From Mobula hypostoma (lineage: Eukaryota): DNA of 64,000 bases. Positions 13,330-26,239 of this stretch are shown piece after piece; the stretch's first letter is position 1; every line of letters begins with the position of its first letter. The translations under genes and the position numbers were made by a program. A model generated the notes under the pieces. It was not told the origin of the DNA. It was given only the letters and a program-made list of their open reading frames with translations, and did not search any database. The stretch is taken from the NCBI RefSeq assembly GCF_963921235.1, contig NC_086106.1, positions 33,418,001 through 33,482,000 on the forward strand. Direction: 5' to 3'.

Positions 13330-14400
13330 ATTCTATACTTGACCGTCTTTGGAAAAACCACCCTTCCTTCCTCTCATAACTTCAGGGGCATGCCCATGCC
13401 TCCAGCGTTTCATTGGGAACAATCGCACCCTACCCAATCTCTGCTTGTAACTGGAGTCCTCAATTTCAGGTAACATCCCGCTGAATCTCTTCTGCTCTCT
13501 TGTACTACCTGATCCTTCCTGCAGCGTGGTGACCAGAACCATATACTGAATGACTTATTCTCAATGAGCAATCGATATTTTCCTGGCCTGCCACATCCCG
13601 TTATAAATGGCCCGCGAATAATCCAGTATGAACAATTTAGTACATATAATTCGACATTGAGTTATTCTGTTAACTATAACGTTCTTTCCACACAAAACTG
13701 ATTTCCCACTGCCTCGGATTTTGCATCAAACTGTGGAATACCATGAACTAATCCAGGTTTACCTACAGATTGCCACGAAATGATTTACAGTATCCAATGA
13801 CGGAAAATAATTTTGTCTCAGTATCCCACGAATGTCGAACATAGGATGTTACAGTACGGGAATATGATTCATAACATTCCGCTCACTGTATATGCGTCTG
13901 CCTGTCTAAAAGCCTCTTGAAGGCTACTATCATATCTCCATCACTACCCGGCAGTGCGTTTCAGAAACCTACCATACACTATCTTAAAAATAAATAGCCT
14001 TGTATGTTGCCCAATCCCACCCTTCGCCTCAAGTTCATTCTCTCTTGTATTCGACATTTCTCCCCGGGGATAGTGATTCTGGCTGTCATACCTCTTATGA
14101 ACTTATAAGCTATCGGTCGCCCCTTAGCCTACTATACTCCAGAGAAAACAATGCAAATTTATGGAACAACTCCTGATAACTAATGTCCTCTGATCCATGC
14201 AGAATCCTTATAACCCCCCCTTTTTCATCCTTCCCAAATAATGTGAAGACATTATTTCTACAACGGAGCCACAGACCTACAGAAAATATTGTAACCAAAA
14301 TTTTCTACATCTGCATCCTAACTTCCTGACTCTTACACTCAAGACCCCTAACGACGAGGCAAGCATGCTTTACCACTCTATCTAAATGCGGTGCAACTGC
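13330..14400 (-). mobile_element. Two old CR1 3' fragments (about 13330-13545 and 13840-14400)
   Basis: QKRFSGMLPEIEDSSYKQRL and SYQELFHKFALFSLEYSRLRGD are CR1 C-terminal motifs. Confidence 0.6.
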
Positions 14401-15099
14401 GGTATGGACTTCGGCCGCAAGAATTCCTGTATCATTTCATAATAATCCGGCGGTAGTATGGTATATACATTTTCATCTTCGCTCTAAAAAGATGGTCGAA
14501 CCTTTTGCAGAACTCTGTTGCTCTGTTGGAAAATCGAAACTCTCAATTTCTTCAATATTTGGCTTCCAGTGTCGTCGAGATTCGTCACCTCAATACAGAC
14601 CCGTGTTCATGAAGTGTGACCGTAAACTCTATCACTACTTCGTACATAGTAGTGCATTGTACTGTAAAAAGGACAAAGTGTGTCCAAACAACAAAAAGAT
14701 TGATAATAAAAGTACTTTGAACTTTGATTGGAAATCGCAACTTTATATGACTTCAGGGTAATTGTGATGTTACAGTGGTGATATATAGTTAATGCTAAGG
14801 ATTTTGAGTCGAATTTCTTGCGTTCATGCAGCTTTTGTTTCAGATTTCATTACTTGTCTTCCGAACCTTGTTACAGAAATTGAACACCGCGATATTGTCT
14901 AGGAACTAGCCCGAACCTGATATCACGAGTTACTTTGATTCCCAGCATCTGCAGATTTTCGCTTGTTCTTGATCATGAATTGATGTTGTAGTTGGAAAGC
15001 TCGCAGGGTTGTATATTGATATTCAGTAACATGGCTGCCAAGTCTTGCTGTCAAAATAATTTCAAAACGGATTTATCAACCAAAAATTACGCATCTATT

Positions 15100-15960
15100 A
15101 AAGCAACACATACTCTGAACGAACTCAGAAGGTCAGGCACCATCCATGGAAAAGAATAAAGAGTCGAAGTTTAGGGCCAAGTCCGTTCGTCAGCACTGAA
15201 AAGAAAGGAGCAAGTTGCCAGAATAAAAAAGTTGGTGGGGGTGGGGTTGAAGTGGATATATGCTCGGTGGAAAGTAATGGGTGAAGCTAGGTGAGTAGGA
15301 AAGGTCAAGGGCTGGAGAAGGAAGAATCTGATACGAGAGGATAGTGGACCAGAGGGAGGAAAAAGGAAGGAGGAGGGGAGACAGTGAAGTTATAGGCAGG
15401 TGAGAAGAAGTAAACGGTCAGAGTACAGAACAGTGGAATGGGGATGGGGGGGATTTGTTTACCGAAGCGAGAAATGGATATTCATGCCGTCAGGTTGGAG
15501 GTACCCAGTCGGAATACAAGCTGTTGCTCCTCGACCCTGAGGGTGGCCTTATCTGGTCACAAGAGGAGGCCATGTATTGATACGTCCGAAAGGGAACCAA
15601 AGTAGAATTCCTCTTTTCCACACGCCGATCTTTTACTTCTCACCTGCCTATTACTTCGCCCTGGGTCCCCTCCTACTTCCCTTTCTCCTCTGGTCCATTC
15701 TCATCTCCTATCAGCTCCTTCATTCTCCAGTCCTTGAGCATTTTCATGCACCTGGCTTCACTTATCACCTTCCAGCCGGCCTCGTTCCCCTCCCACCTTT
15801 TAAATTTGGCATCTTCCCCCTTCTTTCTTAGTCCTGAAAAAGGTCTCCGTCCATAACGTCGACTATTTATTCTGTTCCTTCGATGCTGCAATACCTGCCG
15901 AGTTCCTCCAGGGTTATGTGTATGTTGCTATGGATTTCCAGCATCTGCAGACTTTCTCGT
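15100..15960. mobile_element. Penelope-like remnant: minus-strand endonuclease end and pLTR, plus a divergent plus-strand pLTR
   Basis: Minus strand carries EEQQLVFRLGTLQPDGMNIHFS-like GIY-YIG C-terminal sequence; a plus-strand pLTR occupies 15610-15960. Confidence 0.7.
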
Positions 15961-18479
15961 GTTTGTGTTTAATTTATATTTAATTTTATGCTCTTTGCGA
16001 ATGTTTATACAATACCGCGTGCCAATGATGCTGCTGCAAGTATTTTCCATTGAACCTGTGCACACATGTTTGTGTGTATATGGCAATAAACTTGATTCTG
16101 TAGGTTCTACTAAAGGCGTGGCCGGTTAGGCTAGCATCAATTTACCATTCTTTTAGGCTTATGAAATATATTGCCTCTTTGTTATGAAGAGAAGAATTGC
16201 CCACTGACACTTGGATTACGATCGGCAGTTGTGATTTTTAAGCCTCTTATTTTTGTGTTTTTCGCTCAGATGCAATTTCTTTCCATTAAGAATATTAGTT
16301 AGGGAAATCTGTGACGTCTGGTGGACGTTCGATTAATTCAAATAAGCTTCAAACAGGCGGAAATATCAATGGATATTCCAACTCCGATTTTTAGTTATTT
16401 ACATTGACGTATGAGCAGCGTAAAGCTAACCGCACTGATTCTTGAGCTGTGACCTCCCGTAAAAGGTACATTCAGGAACGGAGCTGAATAATTCGAGAGG
16501 GAGAGCCACGAGACGCAAAGGGTGGACTGACCAGTGATCATTCATGACTGTTTGTTTTCAACTGTAGCAATCGGAAGGGAACTTATTGAGGTTGCACAAG
16601 TTTCTCCATGGAGAGCTAGTTGTTCAGTCAAGGAACACGGCCAGGAAACGTAGGCAACCAAGATTTTGCCAACATTTTGCGGTGACACACTGAAAGAACA
16701 GTTAATCCGAGAAACAGGCGTTGGATTAAAATTCAACGGAGGCGTCTTTGGCGTGTCCTGTACTGTGTTTTGCTCTTTCATTCCGATAGCAAAAAAAGAG
16801 TGGAGAAAATAAATACCTAGTGCTATTCCTATCAGCTGGATTTCGCTGTGCCATCCTTGGGGTTTTCGCGAAACAGGTAAAACACCCGAATCTTTACTTT
16901 ATAAGAACGGGATCATAATCAGGATAACAGTGTGAGGTTTCAACGTACATTGAGCAGAATGACTGGTCATTCGTGATTCCTGCGAATTTAAAAGTCAAGT
17001 ATGAATGTTGCGAACAAAACGAGGAAGCGCAGATGTACAAAGGGGAAGTTGCATTAAATATCAGGTCAAGGTACAATTGTACTATTTAACTTCCAAATTC
17101 GCATCATACAATCGATGTCCATCGTACAGATTTCGGAAGCCAAAGGGTAATTGGGTCACTGTTCGGCAGAAACCCTGCTGTTAATCCGCTGGAGCTGTTT
17201 GTATTTATCAATCGTATGTCAATTTAACTGCCCACATCGCTCCTATTTAGGTCCCCCGCCGATAAAGTTTAACAATTTTGAAACCTAGTAGCTCGACCTC
17301 AGAAATGACCCTGAGTTAAACAACTTCAGATCCAATTTCGTTCTGAAGGTCACATTTCTACCTTTCAGCTTTTGCCCCTTACTTTATCCTTCTTTTCTCT
17401 TGTGTCATTGATTTCTACCTACGTCCACCTCAGCTTTACTGTCCACCTGATGCCACCTTTCAAGGCCATTTAGGCATCCGCCTCTCCGTCCTTTCGCTTC
17501 CCTTCCATTTTTTACACAGTATGTTTCCCCTCTTTTGCAGGGAAAAATGTAAGTAGGTGAAGCAAGAGTATTCTTGTTCATTCAACAAAACCATGGATGG
17601 CCTTTTGCTTTGGTACGTCTCTCCTTTCCTAAGCTCGTATTCCTGATTCCATTAAGACTCAAAAATCTATCGAAATTTTGTCTTGAATATTCCCAACATA
17701 TCAGCCCTCTTCATGGCTCTTCAACCTCTTATATGCCTACCATTATGCTGAAGATATTTCTTCACATCTTATCCTGAATGGCATTTATCTGGCTACGAAT
17801 ACTGGATTTGCCAGAAGGACTGTCATGCCTGATTTATTCTGAGTAGCTCCGCATGATTTTGTGTATTTGAAAGGTATTAATTCCCATTGTCTATAATTTT
17901 GTGGTGTAAATGCCCAGTTTTTCTAATGTCTCCTCATCACAACTCCAACTCCACTGACCACAGCCCCGTCCTAAGATTCAATCATGATATGCAGGCACAG
18001 CATGAAATCAGGAAATTTAGTAGAATATTATTGCTTATTGGCAGCGGAATCCAATTTAAAACTGGTTGTGCTTCAGGTTAATTGAACCAGTGTCAGAACC
18101 AGCTTGACCATCACTGAAAAACTGAGGTGAGATTTGTTGTTATGCAGCAGCAGTACAGTGCAAAGACATAAAAATCTGTAAATAGTGCAAAAATAGAAAT
18201 AATGAGGTAGGGTCAGAAGTCCATGGATCATTCAAATATCAGCGAGAAAATACTTATAGACCTGCATACAGTATTGCAGTCTTGTGGGAAAATGTTAATT
18301 CTTTGGATTTGAAAGGTCACTGACTGATAAATGGAATAGAAGAGTTGTGAGGTTTGCCTTATGACGAAAGGTTGAACAGGTGAGACTTGTATCCAGTGGA
18401 CTTCAGAAGGGTAGCCGGGGAACATTCGTAAAATGTAAGAGTCTTTGGTTACTTTAGTGCCTGGATGAGGGCAGACTAG

Positions 18480-19540
18480 AATCTCTTCATGGTTGGATCT
18501 AAAAGATAGTGATTGGGGATAAGGAAATGGTGGACTAAATAAATATTTTGCATCAGTCTTCAGTTTGGATTGCCCAAGCAGTATGCTGGAAGTTTGAGGC
18601 GTCGGGGCAAAAATGCGTGCAGTTTCTATTACTGGAGAGAAAGTGTTTGGGAAGCTGAAAGGTCTGAAAGTAGATAAGTCACTTGGACCAGATGGACTAC
18701 ACCCCAGAATTCTGAAAACGGGTAGCTGAAGAGATTATGGAGGCAGTAGTAATGATCTTTCAAGAACCACTCGAGTCTGGAATGGTTGAAATTTGCATAT
18801 GTCACTCCACCCTTCCAGAACTGAGGAAGGCAGAAGAAAATAAATTGTAGGTCAGTTCGTGGACTTCAGTGGTTGGAGAAATGTTGTAATTGATTGTTAA
18901 GGATGTACTTTGTGGTACTTGGAGGGACATAGTAAAATAGGCCAAAATCAGTAGGTTTCGTTAAGGGAAAATCATACCTGACAAATCTGTTTGAGGCAAT
19001 AACAAGCAGGATAGTCAAAGGAGAATTGGTGGATGTCGTGCACTTGGGTACTCAGAATGCCTTGAGCAATTTTCTGCACATGATGCTGCTTAATAAGATA
19101 AGAACCCATGAATTTACAGGAAAGATACCAGCTGGAGCTTTGGCTGATTGGCAGGAGGCAAAGCATGTGAATAAAAGGAGCCTTTTCTGGTTGTCTGCTA
19201 GTGGCTAGTGGTGTTGTGCAAGGGTCATTGTTGGGACCATTTCATTTTACATGGTATGTCAAAGATTTGGGGATAATGGAATTTTGGCTTTATGGCTAAG
19301 TCTTCAGATGCTATGAAGCTAGGTGGTTGCACACATAGGGTTGAAGCAAGGAAGCTGCAGAGGGACTTTGATAGATTCAGAGAATGTACAAAGAAATGGC
19401 AAATGAAAGAGAGTGTCAAGAAGTGTATAGTCATGCACTTTGGCAGTAGCTATAGAAGAATAGACTACTTTCTAAATGGGGAGAAAATTCAAAATATCCG
19501 AGGTGCAAGGGAGTGCTCGTTCAGCATTCCCTAAATGACT
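18480..19540 (+). mobile_element. Old CR1 RT fragment
   Basis: Degenerate [25 protein letters not shown] and DAMKLGG...LQRDFDRFREC motifs. Confidence 0.7.
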
Positions 19541-19674
19541 CCATTCTGCTGCTATGTTTTATGGTCCTATGGTCTCAAACTAGTGATCATTAATTTAAAA
19601 CCCAGTGTTGCCCTTTCTTGGCAGTGATGAACCTTTGTTCGTCATTCCTTCTCATTGTTTGTCCAACTGACTGA

Positions 19675-19992
19675 TTCTCTCTCTCTCTCCCTCTCTCCTT
19701 CACACATACATACACAAACACACACACATACTCACAAACACATACTCACTCTCACTCTCGCACTCTCTCTCTCGCATTCTCTCTCTCGCCCTCTCGCACT
19801 CTCTCTCTCACTCTTTCTCTCTCTCGCTCACACACACAAACGCGCTCTCACACACACTCTCACACTCACTTTCTCTCTCTCTGTTCCTCTGTCTCACACT
19901 CAGACACACACACACTCTCACACACACTCTCTCTCACTCTCTCTCTCACTTTCTCTCTCATTCTCTTTCACTCTCTCCCACTCTCTCTCACC
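19675..19992. repeat. Compound (CT)n/(CA)n microsatellite
   Basis: About 320 bp of interleaved CT and CA dinucleotide runs. Confidence 0.95.
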
Positions 19993-20029
19993 TGAAAGAA
20001 ATATGTCAATAAGATTGAAATAGTGCAGT

Positions 20030-20455
20030 AAAAAATGACAAGGATATTGCTGGACTTTGAGGACCTCAGTCATAAGGAAAGGTTAAATAGGTTAGGACTT
20101 TATTCACTAGAGCACAGGAGCAGGAGGTGGGATTTGATGGAGGTATATCACATTGTGAGGGTACAGATAGGATAAATGCAATCACACTTTCTCAACTGCA
20201 TATCGGTGAGACTAGAACTAATGAGTTGACGGTGAAAGGTGAAATTTTAAGGGGAAAATGAAGGGGAATGTCTTCACTCAGAGCGTGGTGCCAGTGTAAA
20301 CCTTTTCAGTACTTAGGGGAAATTTTGATAGTACATGGATGACTATAGGGGTATGCAGGACTATAGGGTGTAGATCAATGGGATTAAGTAGGTTAACAGA
20401 TTGGCACAGAATAGTTGGGCCAAATGGCCTGTTTCTCTGCTGTAGTGTTCTATGA
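20030..20455 (+). mobile_element. CR1 3' end fragment
   Basis: Degenerate SYKERLNRLGLYSLE region and CR1 tail (gggccaaatggcctgtttctctgctgtagtgttctatg). Confidence 0.65.
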
Positions 20456-20464
20456 TTTTATATC

Positions 20465-20940
20465 TGGCATGACAACTGCTCTGCAAATTACTCTTGAAAG
20501 ACCACAGTAAGTCAGGCCATCACAAAAACCAAGGTCCCCTCTATGTCCATACTTCTCACTGCTTCAGTAAAGCAGCCAGCATAATCAAAGACCTCACCCA
20601 CCCCGGAATTATCTTTTCTCCCCACTGCCACGGAGCAGAAGATGCAACAGCTTGAAAGCACATAACACCAGACTAAGGACAACTTCTATCCCAGTGTTAT
20701 CAGACTCTTCAACAGACCTGGTGGAGTCTGGAACTTGTATTCTACCTTGTTATAATCATTCACTTCATCGTCTACAGGCGCTTTTTCGTCAACTTTCACA
20801 CTTTATTCTACATTATTATTGAATTACCTGATTCTAGCTCAATTCACTATGCAGTGTCCTCATCCGTATAAACCGTACTGGCCTTTCATTGTATCTGGGT
20901 ACGTATGACAAGAATAAACCAATACCAATACGAATGATGA
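20465..20940 (+). mobile_element. Rex1/Babar LINE 3' fragment
   Basis: aaagcagccagcataatcaaagacctcacccacc motif shared with the other Rex copies; aataaaccaataccaatac tail. Confidence 0.65.
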
Positions 20941-21389
20941 TGTTATATTCTTCAATCGCCACTGTTAGAATGCAGCTCATGTTGGTGTCTGTTAGTCCAG
21001 TAACTTAACTATCATGAAATTAACTCTGTCTATGCTATCAAAGCTCGCTGATTATTTTTTCAATCCCTGTTCCATCCATACCGTCTATAAAATGTGCAAG
21101 ATCATCACAGAATCCTTCCTTACTGAGAATAAGAACGTCTATTTATTTGTCTCTACTTTTTCCTTCTCACCCATTGAGGGACAAAAGTCTTTCTGAGGTT
21201 GGAGAACCACAATGCTACAAAACGCATCCTCATTTCCCGCACTCGCAGTTTGCCTTTTGGTTCTCCGTTGTCTTCGCCCATGAACAACCATCTTAACGTT
21301 GCTCAAGGTGAATCATATTTTACTATCTCAATCCTAATAGTACCAAACTGCTGAGCACCATCTATCTTTCGATCAGTTTAAAAGCTTAT

Positions 21390-21800
21390 TTTTCGGGTTA
21401 AATAATGGATGACGGCAATTCGATTTGGTGGAACCGATGTGATACAAGGCAGCGGGCCCATCACCGAGAGCAAGGAAGACCCGAGGTTCGATCGATTTAA
21501 GCGCCGGGCCGGAACTGAAAGGTCGGGTACGGACCAAATCGAAGCGGCGGGGTTCAGGTCCCAGAATGGGCTGAAGCGACTGAACCCATTGTTTGGACGA
21601 TTTAAGCACCGGGACAGATTGAAAATGCCAGGGTGTTGAGGTTTGAGGCAAGGGTCGGGCCGGTTCCGCTCGCTGCTCCGCTCTGTGCTGACTGGAGCAG
21701 GCTAGGCGTAACCCGTATGCACAAGAATAAATCAGTTTAAGGGTCTGTGGACAGCACTGTCTTTGTGAACTTCAGTTCAGAACGCAATTTGCTTGCGTTT
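21390..21800 (+). mobile_element. GC-rich non-autonomous repeat fragment (unclassified)
   Basis: CpG-rich block with internal gatcgatttaagc repeats inside AT-rich DNA; no supported protein. Confidence 0.4.
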
Positions 21801-21804
21801 ATTG

Positions 21805-22140
21805 TTTTCATAGAAACACAGAAAACCTAGAGCACAATACAGGCCCTTAAGCCCACAAAGTTGTGCCGAACATGTCCCTACCTTAGAAATTACTAGGCTT
21901 ACCCATAGCCCTTTATTTTTCTAAGCTCCATTTACCTATCTAAAAGTCTCTTAAAAGACCCTATCGTATCCGCCCCCACCACCGTTGCCGGCAGCCCATT
22001 CCACGCACTCACCACTCTCTGCGTAAAAAATACCCCGATAACTCCTCTGTCGCTACTCCCCAGCACCTTAAACCTGTGCCCTCTTGTGGCAACCATTTCA
22101 GCCCTGGGAAAAAGCCTCTGACTATCCACACGATCAATGA
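21805..22140 (-). mobile_element. CR1 3' end fragment
   Basis: RVDSQRLFPRAEMVATRGHRFKVLGS...FFTQRVVSAWNGLP, and tail tttctgtgtttctatg. Confidence 0.85.
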
Positions 22141-22710
22141 TTTGAATGTTTTCCTGATTTATTTCTCCCTCTCTCTCTCTGAACATTGGGTGTTTGATTG
22201 TTTACCTTTCTTTGTTTTGTGGCTGCTTTTTAAGAGACAAATCTCAAGTGTGTATAATGTATATATAGATTGTAAATAATGTAATTTGAACTTTTGCAAT
22301 TTTTATTAAAGTCAAAGGGACAATTAAGCTCAGGGCAGATGTCAGATACTAATGTACAGTCACCTAGAGGAGAAAATGTGAGACTTTACAGCAGGCAGAG
22401 CAGATAGATAAATGTAGATGACTGGAATGCTAAGCTGAAGGTGCTTCTATTTGAACTCAACAAGTCTAACTCGCAAGGCAGATAAATTGTTAGCGTTAAT
22501 TGCACATGATTCTAAACCATGAAGCACGACGCAATCAGCAATTTACACAGTTTGGCTCACTACGATACCTATTCACTTCAAATAAAATAAAGTGAAATTT
22601 TATTTCACGTTATCTGTGCGGACATTTGCCGATTCTATTTCTTTGCTAATAAGGAATGAATAAATTAATAAAACAAATTAACTTTATTGCAAAAGCGGAG
22701 TATTTGCAAT

Positions 22711-22845
22711 CGTCCTGACGGAGGGTCTCGGCCTGAAACGTCGACTGCACCTCTTTCTATAGATGCTGCTTGGCCTGCTGCGTTCACCAGCAACTTTGAT
22801 GTATGTTGCTTGAATTTCCAGCATCTGCAGAATTCCTGTTGTTTG
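22711..22845 (+). mobile_element. Penelope-like pLTR 3' piece containing a hammerhead-like motif
   Basis: GTC-CTGACGG-AGGGTCTCGGCCT-GAAACGTC-GAC followed by the conserved GATGCTGCTTGGCCTGCTGCGTTCACCAGCAACTTT block. Confidence 0.7.
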
Positions 22846-23779
22846 GAACAATTAATATATTCGTTTCTAAAATACTACCCTGAAAGAAGGACTTAAATGG
22901 GACAAAATGGTTACTTTACAGGAAAACTGAACATTCCAGAAAATTACCAATGTGTATCAAACTCTAATTTGAAAAGTAATTACAAATGGAAAAATAAAAC
23001 CATTTAACGGAGGAACACATTAAATCGCGATGTCTAGTAATTCCTAAGGATTACTTGCTCTGTGTTTTTGAATATTAAGAGAGGCAGCCTTTTAAACATG
23101 GGCTTTCTTTCAGAGTGTGAAAATACAATGCTATACTGAAAGGGTAATCAAATTGTTTCACAACAGAATCAGTTTCCAATCTGTTCCACAAAATTTTCCC
23201 CTTACCTTTTCTAATTATAAAGGACATACTTTGCTGTCATTGACTTAGCACAGTTATTTTTGAAAGTCAATCCAATAGCATTTGACAATGCGGAATCAAG
23301 AGGTTGGGAGAAAGTGAACCAAAGTTGTTACAGATTTGCCGAGGCGATATTGCAGCTGTTAAGCATCCACCAGTTCACCTGCAATGACAGAACACCGTGA
23401 ATTAGAGATTGCGGTAAAGAGACAACCAGATGGAATGGTCAAAAGCGTGCATAAAAACGTAATTTTTGTTTGTAGATCATTAAGTCCTTTCTCAGTTGCA
23501 GGCACTTTTGGGGTATGCACAATAGTCGAACCGTTACATACATATGTAATAGCAGTAATACAGGGATATGAATTATCAATGGGCTCGTTTTTTGTATGTT
23601 TCCAATCAGCATCTCATCATTATATCTCATATATAAAGGAGCTGGTGTATTTATCATTTCATCTGAATGTCATGTCACTTGGTGTAATGGGAACCTTGAG
23701 TTGTAGTGTCTTTTCATATCATTTCCATTCAATCATATTCAGGTAACACTTAACCTAGAATGAGCTTATCGCTTTCCAT

Positions 23780-26040
23780 ACATGTTCTGAACAGATGGGA
23801 TCTAGTCTGTCACCATCATCCCTGACAGTCTCCAGTGCATCTGAATCTACAGGATCAAGACAGAGGTAAGATCAGTCTGCCTGGTATTGTCCCTGACCGT
23901 GTCCCGAGTTCTTGTGAGGATCAACTGGTTGGCATACTTTCAAACTTTTTAAACCTCTCCCTGCTCCAGGCTGTGGTTCCCTCCTGCTTTAAGAAGACAC
24001 TATCATCCCAGTAACCCCCCTCTGCAAATAAACCTCCCCCCAAAAAAGTATCAACATATCGGACCTTGACAGCTGTTGCCCACAATGTCTGACATCTACC
24101 ACCTTGATGTGCTTCGAGTGGTTGGTGAAGGCGCACAATGTCTCTGAATTTGCCTGTCAACCCTTGACTCATTGTAATTTGTCTACGGCTGAAATAGGTC
24201 GACAACAAATTCCAACTCCCTGGGCCGACACTCATCCCTGGAGTATCTGTACAATACACATATCTACATCAGGCTATGTTTATTGAATACAGCTTGCCTT
24301 CAGTGCTGTTATTCCAAAGAAATTCAACACAAAACTCTAGACCCTGGGAGTCAGGGCTTCCCTTTCAGTCTTCTGAGAATGGATCCTTGGCATCTTAACC
24401 AACAGACCACAGCTATAAGGATAGGCGGCAAGATCTCCACCATGATTATTCTAAACACTGGTGGTCAACAAGGTTGTGTCCTCAGCCGCTTGCTGTATTC
24501 CCTGTGACTGCGTAGCCAGATTATGTTCTAACTGCATCTACAAGTTTGCAGATAATACCACCGAGGTGGGCCACATCTCAAATAACGATGAGTTGGAGCT
24601 CAGGAACCTGAATCAAATTCAGAATTATCACTACCATATATCATGAAATGTGTTGTTTTGTGGCAACAGAATTGTACAAGACATACAAGAAACTAAAAGT
24701 TAGGATAAAAATGAGATGAATAAATAGTGCAAAAGAAGCATAGTAAGGTAGTGTTTATAAGTTAATGGACCATTCAGAAATCAGGTGGAGGAGTGGACAA
24801 AGCTGTTCCTCAAACAGTAAGTATGAACGTTAAGGCTTGTGTACCTTCACCATGATGTTAGTAATAAGAAGAAGTCATGTCTGGACGATGAGGGTTGATG
24901 GATGGAGTCTTCTCGAGATACAGTCTTTTGAAGATGTTCTCAATGGCAGGGAAGATTTTGCCCGCGATAGAGCTGGCTGCATCTACAAACATCTGCAGCC
25001 TCTTTCGATCTTGTGCATTGGAGCCTTCATACCAGCTGGTGATGCAACCAGTCCTAATGCTCTCCACAGTACATACATAGAAATTTGCTCAAGTCTTTGG
25101 CAACATCCAAATCTGCTGAAACTCCTAATGAAGTATGGCCGCTGGCGTGCTTTCTTCGTGATTGAATTAATATGTTAAGCACGGAATAGATCGTCGGTGA
25201 TGCTGACGCCCTGGTACATGAAGGAGATCGAGAGTTTAGTGGCATGGAATCACGAGAACAATATTTCCCTCAACAACAACAAAACAAATGAATTTTGTTT
25301 ACTTCCGACAGGCAGACAATGCACATGCTCCTCACTACATCAGCTGTTGAGGATTGGAGAGTTGAGAGCTTTAGGGTCCTAAGGGAGAAAATAGCCAATA
25401 GCCCGTCCTGGCCCAACTACCTAAACATCAGACCAAGAAAGCTCAGCAACGCCTCTACTTCCTCAGGATAATTCTAGAATTTAGCATATTCCCGTCCATC
25501 TTGCCAACTTTTATCGAAGCATCATAGAAAGCATACTGACTGGATGTAAAACGGCTCGGTATGGAGACGCCCTGCGTGTGACCTCAAGAAACTACAGAGA
25601 GTCCTGGACACAGCTCAGCACATCGCGTGAATCACCTTCCCCTCTATGGACTCTGTCTATACATCTCACTGCCTCAGTGAAGCAACCAGCATAATCAAAG
25701 AGCCCGCCCACCCCAGTCATGCTTTCATCTCCGTTCTTCCACTGGGCAGAAGATACGAGGTTCAAGAAGAACTTCTATATCATTGTTACCAGACGACTGA
25801 ATGTTTCGCTGGTATAATATGGCGGACTCTTGATTTCACAGTCTATCTCTTTGTGACTTTTAACCTTATTTAGTATTGGCGCTACACTTTCTGTGTCCTG
25901 CAACACTTTATTCTTTATCTTATATTGGCACAACATACAACAGCATTGAATTAATCTGTATGGACGGTATGCAAAACAAGGTTTCTACTATACCTCAGTA
26001 CATGTGGCAATAGTAAGCCATCTTACCATTTTACCAATTT
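23780..26040 (+). mobile_element. Old Rex1/Babar LINE interrupted by an inverted Rex 3' fragment (24598-25212)
   Basis: RT motifs FNLSLLQAVVPSCFKKT and QGCVLSRLLYSL...CIYKFADNTT. ISNNDE before 24597 continues as YMKEIESLVAWNHENNISLN after 25213. The insert reads EGSNAQDRKRLQ on minus. Confidence 0.75.
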
Positions 26041-26239
26041 AATACTCTGGATTATACTGTGCACCGCTTCACACGTTCCAAAAGTAAGCAAGTGCTATCA
26101 TTCACGTGACTAAATATAGAGCTTGAATGAGCTTTGAAATTATCCTAACAGTTGTGTTGTCGTTCAGAAATTTGAATGTGGAGGGGAAGGAGCTGTTCTT
26201 AAAAAGGAGTTTTCCGGACTTCAATCCCCTGTACCTTCT

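Noticed and set aside
14490-14665. Minus-strand exon-like segment with a strong acceptor
   Set aside because: All three frames contain stops; no recognisable homology.
16542-16781. ORF with RINCSFS...YVSW Ig-like pattern
   Set aside because: Cys-Trp spacing is too long, there is no downstream YxC, and no valid acceptor.
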